From Comamonadaceae bacterium (GTDB lineage Bacteria > Pseudomonadota > Gammaproteobacteria > Burkholderiales > Burkholderiaceae_C): a DNA stretch of 64,000 bases. Position 1 is the first letter of the stretch; each line of letters begins with the position of its first letter. Location: the NCBI GenBank assembly GCA_027483665.1, contig JAIXUC010000020.1:68719-132718 (forward strand), written 5' to 3'. Positions 16,941 through 23,962 of this stretch are shown here, piece after piece. The position numbers and the translations under genes were made by a program. The notes under the pieces were generated by a model. It saw only the letters and a program-made list of their open reading frames with translations. It did not search any database and had not been told where the DNA came from.

Positions 16941-19361
16941 TCACTTGATACACACCGATCGCACCTGCTTCAAATCGGTCAGGCCCATCATGATTTTTTC
17001 CATGCCGTCCATCTTCAGGGTGTGCATGCCGGCTTCCAGCGCTGCTGCAAACAACTCGGCCACGCGGGCGCGCTCTTGAATGAGTTTTTTCGCGGCGTCG
17101 TCGGCAATCAGCAATTCGTGCAGACCCACTCGGCCTTTGTAGCCGGTGTTGCCGCACTTGTCGCAGCCCACCGAGCGGTAGAAGCTGAGGCGGCCGTCCT
17201 TCCCATAGCGGTTCATCCAGCCCTCCAGCAGCTTCTTGGCTTCTGCGTTGGCGTCGGCCTTCCAGGGGCTGGTGTGGCGCAGCTCTTCGGCGTATTCGGT
17301 GACGAAGGATTTGATTTCTGCCGCATCTGGCGTGTAGGCCTGCTTGCACTCGCCGCACAGGCGCTTGGCCAGGCGCTGCGCCAAGATGCCCAGGAGCGCG
17401 TCAGCAAAGTTGAACGGGTCCATGCCCATATCGAGCAAACGCGTGATCGACTCTGGCGCTGAATTGGTGTGCAGCGTGGAGAACACCATGTGGCCGGTGA
17501 GCGAGGCTTCCACGCCCATGGACACAGTTTCTTTGTCGCGCGATTCGCCCACCATGATGATGTCCGGGTCAGCCCGCAGGAAGGCCCGCATGACCAGCGC
17601 GAAGTCGATGCCGGCCTTCTTGTTCACCTGCACCTGGCGCAGGCCCTTTTGCGTGATTTCCACCGGGTCTTCAGCGGTCCAGATTTTGGTGTCTGGCGTG
17701 TTGAGGAACTTCAAGATGGAATGCAGCGTGGTGGTTTTGCCAGAGCCGGTCGGGCCGCACACGTAGAACAGGCCGTAGGGCTTACTGATGGTTTTCTCAA
17801 GACGCTCTTTGTTGTGCGCGGTGAGGCCCAGCTTCTCCAGAGGAATGGGCTCGCCCGAAGCCAAGATGCGCATGACCACGTCTTCGACGCCGCCTGCGGA
17901 AGGAATGGTGGCCACTCGCAGCTCGATGTCCAGCGGGCCGTATTTCTTGAATTTGATCTTGCCGTCTTGCGGCTTGCGGCGCTCGGAGATATCGAGGTCG
18001 CACATGATCTTCAGGCGCGTCACCATGGCCTGGCGAAACTGCGCGGGTACCTCCACATAAGGCATCAGGGTGCCGTCGATGCGAAAGCGGATGCCGGTTT
18101 TGGCTTTGCCGGGCATGGGCTCGATGTGGATGTCCGAGGCCTTCTGATGGAAAGCGTCCACGATGACTTTGTTGACGAACTTCACCAGCTCGTTGTCAGC
18201 GGCGGCAGACTCCAGAGAGTCGTCCAAAGCGCCCTCGTCGTCCAGCGGGCCGTCCATGCCGGCCAGCATGTCGTCGACGCTGCCCATGTCGACCGCCACG
18301 CCAAACAGCTGGTCCAGCGTGGCCTCGAACTCGGCGCGCGTGCTCACGCGGTAGGCGAACTTGGACAACCTGGGAAACACCTGCGGCAGCATGCGCTGCC
18401 CGCGCACTTGCTCAGGGTCCAGGCACATCACCACCAAGCCTTGGGGCGAGTCTTCCAGCGCAATCCAGCCGTGCTCTGCCAAGAACTCCCGCTTGAGCGC
18501 GCCATGCAGCATTTCGCTGCGGATACGCCCTGAGTTGAACGGCTCGTAAGGCACACCAAAAAACGCGCCCAGCGACTTTCCAATTTGTGCGGCACTCAGT
18601 TTGTGGCGCGCCAACAGCACCGACTCCAGCGACTGGCCCTCCTCGCGCGCTGCTTGCACGGCTTCGGCCAGTTGTGCTGACGTGATCAGCTGCGCCGTCA
18701 CCAACCCGTCGTAAGGCGTGGCTTTGCGGCGCTGGTCGTCTTGCGCGCGGTTGATGCGCTGGCGCATGGCCGTGGCGAGGGTCTTGCAAAGCTGCGTGGC
18801 ACCTTCGACCTCCAGCTTGCCAAAAGGCTGACCGCTCTTGTTGTTGATAACTTGCAGCACGCCATGCAAATGCTCGCCCTCGACGATGGGCACCACCAGC
18901 ATCTGCGTGGTGCGGTAGCCAGAGCGCTTGTCGACTTCCTTCAGGTAAGTCAACTTGGGGTGGATGCGTTGCAGCGCCGCTTCGTCGTACACGTCGGCGA
19001 TGTTGAGCAACTGACGGCTGAGCGCCGCATAGCCCGCCAAACTTTGCGGGCCGATGGGCAGCTTCAACTCGCGCGCCGTATTCAACCCGGTCTTTACTTT
19101 GGAGACGATGGTGGTTTGGTCTGGCGACACGGCGTAGAGCGTGAGGCGATCTGCGTTGAGCAGGCGGCAAATGTCTTGGCTGGCCTCCAGCATGAGCTGG
19201 TCTAAGTTCTCTGTGTCGTGGATGCGCGTGCTGACTTGTTGCAGTTGCCGAAAGAACAGCGCCTCGAAGCTGACGCCGCGTTGGTCAGGCGGCAGGTTTT
19301 GCGTGGCAAAGAAGGCCTGCGTGGCTTCGGTGTCGAGAACAGAGGTGGTTGCAGCGTTCAC
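16941..19361 (-). CDS. GspE/PilB-family secretion ATPase with N-terminal GAF domain and T2SSE_N (MshEN-like) domain (806 aa)
   Basis: GAF-like region at about residues 40-200 (LDQLMLEASQDICRLLNADRLTLYAV...GYRTTQMLVVPIVEGEHLHGVLQVINN). Walker A GPTGSGKTTT, Asp box, Walker B DPDIIMVGESRD, His box TGHMVFSTLHTN, and tetracysteine CGEC...CDKCGNTGYKGR. Confidence 0.9.
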   Translation of the reverse strand: MNAATTSVLDTEATQAFFATQNLPPDQRGVSFEALFFRQLQQVSTRIHDTENLDQLMLEASQDICRLLNADRLTLYAVSPDQTTIVSKVKTGLNTARELKLPIGPQSLAGYAALSRQLLNIADVYDEAALQRIHPKLTYLKEVDKRSGYRTTQMLVVPIVEGEHLHGVLQVINNKSGQPFGKLEVEGATQLCKTLATAMRQRINRAQDDQRRKATPYDGLVTAQLITSAQLAEAVQAAREEGQSLESVLLARHKLSAAQIGKSLGAFFGVPYEPFNSGRIRSEMLHGALKREFLAEHGWIALEDSPQGLVVMCLDPEQVRGQRMLPQVFPRLSKFAYRVSTRAEFEATLDQLFGVAVDMGSVDDMLAGMDGPLDDEGALDDSLESAAADNELVKFVNKVIVDAFHQKASDIHIEPMPGKAKTGIRFRIDGTLMPYVEVPAQFRQAMVTRLKIMCDLDISERRKPQDGKIKFKKYGPLDIELRVATIPSAGGVEDVVMRILASGEPIPLEKLGLTAHNKERLEKTISKPYGLFYVCGPTGSGKTTTLHSILKFLNTPDTKIWTAEDPVEITQKGLRQVQVNKKAGIDFALVMRAFLRADPDIIMVGESRDKETVSMGVEASLTGHMVFSTLHTNSAPESITRLLDMGMDPFNFADALLGILAQRLAKRLCGECKQAYTPDAAEIKSFVTEYAEELRHTSPWKADANAEAKKLLEGWMNRYGKDGRLSFYRSVGCDKCGNTGYKGRVGLHELLIADDAAKKLIQERARVAELFAAALEAGMHTLKMDGMEKIMMGLTDLKQVRSVCIK

Positions 19362-20149
19362 AGCTCGAACTCCTGACCCGCGCGCAGCCAGCGGATGTCG
19401 TGGGTGACGTTGGGGCCGAGGGCTTGGGTGAGGTCAAAGCGCTGCACCTCCTCCATGATGGTCTGCGTCTCGGCCGGCTTGGTGTGCGTGATGTAGATCG
19501 GATAGATCTTGTCTTTGTCGATGCAGTCGAGCTCATCAGCCAACGCGCTGGGCGACAGGTGCAGGCTGAGGCGAGCCAGCTCTTTCTCGCGGTTGCTGAA
19601 AGCGGTCTCGATGACCAGCATGGCCACGCGCAACTGGTTCACGCGCTTCCAAAACGCAGGGTTGCGCTCGGTGTCGCCTGAGAACACCCAACAGCCCTGG
19701 CCTTCGGTGATGGCATAGCCCACAGCGGGCACGGTGTGTACGGCGGGCAGTGGCTCGATCACGCGGTGGCCTACCACCTCGGAGCGGCCCACGGCAATCG
19801 CCTCGTAGCGCATGAACGGCGCTTGCTCCGAGGGGATGCGGCTGAAGTCGGGCCAGATGGTGTTGTTGAAGATGTGCTGCTGCAGCGCTTCGATGGTGCC
19901 GGGCAGCGCATGCACGGTGATGGGCGAGGTGCGACGCGCGGCGATGGAGTCGATCATCAAAGGCAAGGCCGCCACGTGGTCGAGGTGCGAGTGCGTCAGG
20001 AACACGTGCTCGATGCGCGCCATTTCATCGAGGGTGAGGTCGCCCACGCCGGTACCCGCGTCGATCAAGATGTCTTGGTCGATCAGGAAAGACGTGGTTC
20101 GGCAGTCTCGTGCGATGGCGCCAGAGCAGCCGAGTACGCGGATCTTCAT
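19358..20149 (-). CDS. Class II 3',5'-cyclic-nucleotide phosphodiesterase (metallo-beta-lactamase fold, CpdP-like)
   Basis: MKIRVLGCSG...FLIDQDILIDAGTG...HVFLTHSHLDHVAALP (HxHLDH) ...GYAITE...WVFSGDT... Its stop overlaps the ATPase start by 4 nt. Confidence 0.85.
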   Translation of the reverse strand: MKIRVLGCSGAIARDCRTTSFLIDQDILIDAGTGVGDLTLDEMARIEHVFLTHSHLDHVAALPLMIDSIAARRTSPITVHALPGTIEALQQHIFNNTIWPDFSRIPSEQAPFMRYEAIAVGRSEVVGHRVIEPLPAVHTVPAVGYAITEGQGCWVFSGDTERNPAFWKRVNQLRVAMLVIETAFSNREKELARLSLHLSPSALADELDCIDKDKIYPIYITHTKPAETQTIMEEVQRFDLTQALGPNVTHDIRWLRAGQEFEL

Positions 20150-20162
20150 CAGGGTCTGACTT

Positions 20163-22412
20163 TCACTTGGAATCGAAGTTGGTGGCGCCGTCCCACTCGG
20201 GGTCGAACGGCAGCTGCCGCATGGCGCTCACCCGTTCACTGTAGAGCTGGTAGAGGTATTTCTTGGGGTTGCTGCGCTGCAAGTTGAGCAGGCCCACGTC
20301 GCAAGCGTCCCAGTCTTGCGTGCGATAGGCTTTCAAGAACGCGGCCCATTGCTTGAGCTCGGACGTGAACTCCGCATCCACCCGCGCGGCGGGCGCAGCA
20401 GGCCAGTAAATGGCAACGGCTTGGGCTTTGCCTTTGACGCGCACGCGGTCCAGCTCTTGCCAGGCGAAGTCCGTGGCGAGCTTGCGCGTGGCGTCGCTGG
20501 CGACGATGTCCACGCCATAGACCTTGCACAAACCCTCCAAGCGCGAACCCAGGTTCACCGCGTCACCAATGACGGTGTAACTGCGGCGAATGTCCGAGCC
20601 CATGTCGCCCACGCACATGTTGCCGGTGTTCAGACCAATGCCAATGCCGATTTCAGGCAGGCCTTTGCTACGGTGCTCTTCGTTGATGGCGCGCACCGAG
20701 TGCGCCATTTCCATGGCGCTTTTGACCGCGAGGTAGGCGTGCTCTGGCAAGTCCACCGGCGCACCCCAAAAAGCCATCACGCAGTCGCCCATGTATTTGT
20801 CGATGGTGCCGCGGTTGCCGCGAATGAGGCCGGTGAGGCGGCTGAACACGTCGTTGAGCAAGGCTTGAAGCTGCGTGGGCTCCATGGTCTCGGACATCTT
20901 GGTGAAGCCGCGCATGTCGCAGAACATCACCGTGAGGTCTTTGTTGGTGGCCTTCATGCTGTAGCTGTCGGGGTCTTTGACCATCTCATCGACCAGCTCG
21001 GGCGGCACGTAGGTGCCGAACAGATGCGCCAGTTCGCGCTTGGAACGGCTCTCCACGAAGTAGCCGTAGCTCATGTTCAAGGCAAAGGCGGTGAGTGCCA
21101 TGGTGAGCGCTGCGGCCAGAGGCAGCACCAAGCCCGCGCCCAGGTAGAGCCAGGTGTTGAGCGCCAGCAGAAACCCGATGACAACCGCACTCAGCGCCAC
21201 GGCACGCACAGCCGACAACAGCGGCAAAGCCACTGCCAACAACACACCGGCCAAGACCAGCAGCACCACTTCGTAGCCCACGGCGTAGTCGGGCTTGACC
21301 AAGCCTTTGCCATCGAGCAGACCTGAGATGACGTTGGCGTGTACCTCGACCCCGGGATACGTCTCGCCCACCGGCGTCACGCGCAAGTCGAGCAGGCCGG
21401 GTGCGGTGGTGCCCAACAGCACGATCTTGCCCTTGAGCGCTTGGGCTGCGGGCCGATTGGCCAGCACATCAGCGGCTGAGACGTAGCGGTAGCTGCCACC
21501 GGTGGGGCCGCCAGGGCCGCGAAACTGCACCAGCGTGGCGACGCGGTTGTCCACGGGAATGGCCAAGACTTTGTCGCCCTGGCGCAGCTGGATGCTCTCC
21601 AAGCCTTGATAAGAGCGCGACAAAAAACGATCCTGCGGGAATCCCGGGCTCACCTCGGGCAGCCCGACCAAAGCACGGAACATGGCAAGTGCCAAAGCCT
21701 CGTAGTAGGCACCTTTGTGCTCGGCCACCAGGGGCACGGAGCGCACCACGCCATCGGCGTCGGTGACGGAGTTGAAAAAGCCCCCCATCGGTGCAGCGCG
21801 GGCCAGTGGCTCGATGTTCGAGCCAAAGCCGTTCCAGCTGGTGAAGCGGATGGGGCGGCCTTGCAGCGCGGTGGCCTGCATCACCGGTGCAGGCAAGACA
21901 CCTGCTGTCAGGCCATCACGGTCGCTGGACAAGTAATAGCCCAAGACCACGGGCCGGTTGCGAAGCGATTGTGCAAACAGCTGGTCGTAATCGAGCCGGC
22001 CTTGCAGCTGCCCGAGCCGGTCTACAAAAGCGGCCTGGTCTTTCAGCTCGCCTTGTGCAAGCTGGCGCAGCTGACGCAGGCCCGAGCTGTCGTCCGGTTC
22101 GGCGAACACCACGTCCATGCCCAAGAGCGCGACCTGGTGCTGGTTGAACAAGGTATCGACCAACTCGGCCATGCGGTTGCGGCTCCATGGCCAGCGCCCC
22201 ACCTCGCCCAAGCTTTTTTCATCGATGTCCACGATGACGATGCGCTCATCGAGCGTGCCCGGCATCGTTGCGCGCAACCTGGCGTCGTAGATGATGTCAT
22301 CGAGGCGTTGCAGCACGCCCAGCTGGAGCACGCTGGTGGCGTGCAGCAACGCAAAAACCAAAGGTATGCAGGTAACCGCTATGCGACGCCAGTGCTTTTG
22401 CAGAGCAAGCAT
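20163..22412 (-). CDS. CHASE2 sensor-domain class III adenylate/guanylate cyclase (749 aa)
   Basis: N-terminal CHASE2 (IVIVDIDEKSLGEVGRWPWSRNRMAELVDTLF), then three or more TM segments. Catalytic domain motifs: LTVMFCDMRGFTKMSE, DKYMGDCVMAFWGAP, IGIGLNTGNMCVGDMGS..RRSYTVIGDAVNLGSRLEG. Confidence 0.9.
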   Translation of the reverse strand: MLALQKHWRRIAVTCIPLVFALLHATSVLQLGVLQRLDDIIYDARLRATMPGTLDERIVIVDIDEKSLGEVGRWPWSRNRMAELVDTLFNQHQVALLGMDVVFAEPDDSSGLRQLRQLAQGELKDQAAFVDRLGQLQGRLDYDQLFAQSLRNRPVVLGYYLSSDRDGLTAGVLPAPVMQATALQGRPIRFTSWNGFGSNIEPLARAAPMGGFFNSVTDADGVVRSVPLVAEHKGAYYEALALAMFRALVGLPEVSPGFPQDRFLSRSYQGLESIQLRQGDKVLAIPVDNRVATLVQFRGPGGPTGGSYRYVSAADVLANRPAAQALKGKIVLLGTTAPGLLDLRVTPVGETYPGVEVHANVISGLLDGKGLVKPDYAVGYEVVLLVLAGVLLAVALPLLSAVRAVALSAVVIGFLLALNTWLYLGAGLVLPLAAALTMALTAFALNMSYGYFVESRSKRELAHLFGTYVPPELVDEMVKDPDSYSMKATNKDLTVMFCDMRGFTKMSETMEPTQLQALLNDVFSRLTGLIRGNRGTIDKYMGDCVMAFWGAPVDLPEHAYLAVKSAMEMAHSVRAINEEHRSKGLPEIGIGIGLNTGNMCVGDMGSDIRRSYTVIGDAVNLGSRLEGLCKVYGVDIVASDATRKLATDFAWQELDRVRVKGKAQAVAIYWPAAPAARVDAEFTSELKQWAAFLKAYRTQDWDACDVGLLNLQRSNPKKYLYQLYSERVSAMRQLPFDPEWDGATNFDSK

Positions 22413-22468
22413 CGGGTTAGGGCCTGTTCACACGGGTCGCGCGGTGCAACTGCCCCCGCTGCGCCTTT

Positions 22469-23107
22469 TTAGGTCTGTACAAACTGCATCTGGGTACCTG
22501 CCAACTCCAGAACGTCGCCGTCCTTGAGCATGATCGGCTCTGCACCGACAGCCGAGCCGTTGAGCGTAGGCTTGCCAGAGCCTTCGACGTGAGCCACCAC
22601 AAACCCATTGGGACGCTTCGTGATGGCAGCCACCGCGACGCCAGGCTTGCCGATGGTGGTGACCACTTTGACCAGGGCCACTTCACGGCCTGCTGCTGCC
22701 CCAGATAGCACCTTGATGACACCCGATATGGCATGGTCCAGAGGCGCTGGCGCTGGCGCATGACCTGCAGGAGCAGCAGAGCCGGCCCGCATGATCATGG
22801 TTTTGTCGTAGTTGGCTGGGGCGTCAGCGACGAATTTGATCTGGTACTTGCCGATGTCGATCGTGTCGCCGCCCTGCATCAGCTGCTTTTTGATGGCCTT
22901 GCCGTTGATGTACGTGCCGTTGGTGCTGTTGAGGTCTTCGATGTAGACCTCGTTGCCCATCATCTGCAGCACCGCATGCTCACCACTCACTGCGAGGTTG
23001 TCGATGACGATGTCGTTGTAGGGCCGTCGGCCGAGCGTGGTCCGGTCCTTCGTCAACTGGACCTCCTTGATCACGACACCGTCGATCGATACGATCATCT
23101 TCGGCAT
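22469..23107 (-). CDS. FHA-domain protein with a canonical N-terminal FHA and a degenerate C-terminal FHA-like module
   Basis: N-module: TTLGRRPYNDIVIDNLAVSGEHAVL...IEDLNSTNGTYINGKAI (G-R...S-x-x-H...NGT). A Pro/Ala linker follows, then the C-module ...TTIGKPGVAVAAITKRPNGFVVAHVEGSGKPTLNGSAV. Confidence 0.85.
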   Translation of the reverse strand: MPKMIVSIDGVVIKEVQLTKDRTTLGRRPYNDIVIDNLAVSGEHAVLQMMGNEVYIEDLNSTNGTYINGKAIKKQLMQGGDTIDIGKYQIKFVADAPANYDKTMIMRAGSAAPAGHAPAPAPLDHAISGVIKVLSGAAAGREVALVKVVTTIGKPGVAVAAITKRPNGFVVAHVEGSGKPTLNGSAVGAEPIMLKDGDVLELAGTQMQFVQT

Positions 23108-23158
23108 GGCCGACTCCTGTTCATGAATGCTGTTCTTGTAATTGCCGCCATCGTCGGC

Positions 23159-23944
23159 TTATTTCCCTAGGAAGCGCGCGATCAACCCCGGCTTGCGCAC
23201 CACGGCTTGCGCCTTGACCAGCAACACCGAGATGTTATCGCGCCCTCCGCTGGCATTGGCGGCCTCAATCAGCCGCGTCGCCAGACCCTCTAATTCCACC
23301 TCTTCGAACAAGATACGGGCAATGTCGGCGTCTTGCAGCATGTCGGACAAGCCGTCTGAGCACATCAGGTAGAGGTCGCCTGGCTCGACTCGGTGTTCAT
23401 TGACTTCCAGCAAAACGTTGTCTTCGACACCCAAAGCGCGGGTGACCAGATTTTTGTTCAGCGAAGTCGCCGCCTGCTCGGCCGTGATGAGGCCCGCGTC
23501 CAGTTGCTCTTGCAACAGTGAGTGGTCACGGGTGATCTGCGACAACTCGGCCCCGCGCCAGCGGTAACAGCGCGAGTCGCCAATGTGGCCCAGCATCAGG
23601 CGGGTGTCTTGAAACACGCCCACCACCAAAGTCGTGCCCATGCCCGTGTATTGGGTGTTGGAGTTGGCGGCGTGGAAGATGGACCTGTTGGCGTTGTCCA
23701 CGCAAATTTCCAAGGCCCGGCGCACCACCTTGGCCGTTGCGCTGGGTCCTGCTTCACTCAGCCAGCGGCTCATTTCCGACTTGATGAAGGCCGTGGCCAT
23801 GCCGCTGGCAATTTCGCCTGCGTTGTAGCCGCCCATCCCGTCAGCCAGCACGCCCAAACCTGTGCTGGCTTCGAATCCGACCGAGTCTTCGTTGTTCTCA
23901 CGAGCCAGACCCGGGTCGGTCTGGGCACAAAACGTGTAATTCAT
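23159..23944 (-). CDS. PP2C-family Ser/Thr protein phosphatase (Stp1/PppA-like)
   Basis: TDPGLARENNEDS..., LADGMGGYNAGEIAS, LMCSDGLSD and GGRDNISVLLV are the metal-binding PPM motifs. Confidence 0.92.
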   Translation of the reverse strand: MNYTFCAQTDPGLARENNEDSVGFEASTGLGVLADGMGGYNAGEIASGMATAFIKSEMSRWLSEAGPSATAKVVRRALEICVDNANRSIFHAANSNTQYTGMGTTLVVGVFQDTRLMLGHIGDSRCYRWRGAELSQITRDHSLLQEQLDAGLITAEQAATSLNKNLVTRALGVEDNVLLEVNEHRVEPGDLYLMCSDGLSDMLQDADIARILFEEVELEGLATRLIEAANASGGRDNISVLLVKAQAVVRKPGLIARFLGK

Positions 23945-23962
23945 GTAGGCAATGGCCGGGGT

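Noticed and set aside
16941-19361. Calling this gene simply pilB
   Set aside because: There is no adjacent pilC/pilD, the protein has an extra GAF domain, and it is operonic with signalling genes. I keep the family-level call and give no gene symbol.
20163-22412. The cyclase as a CBASS/Pycsar-type anti-phage signalling enzyme
   Set aside because: It is a membrane CHASE2 class III cyclase flanked by a dedicated PDE and signalling proteins. There is no CD-NTase fold or effector (TIR, patatin, TM-toxin, endonuclease), and the context is the core chromosome.
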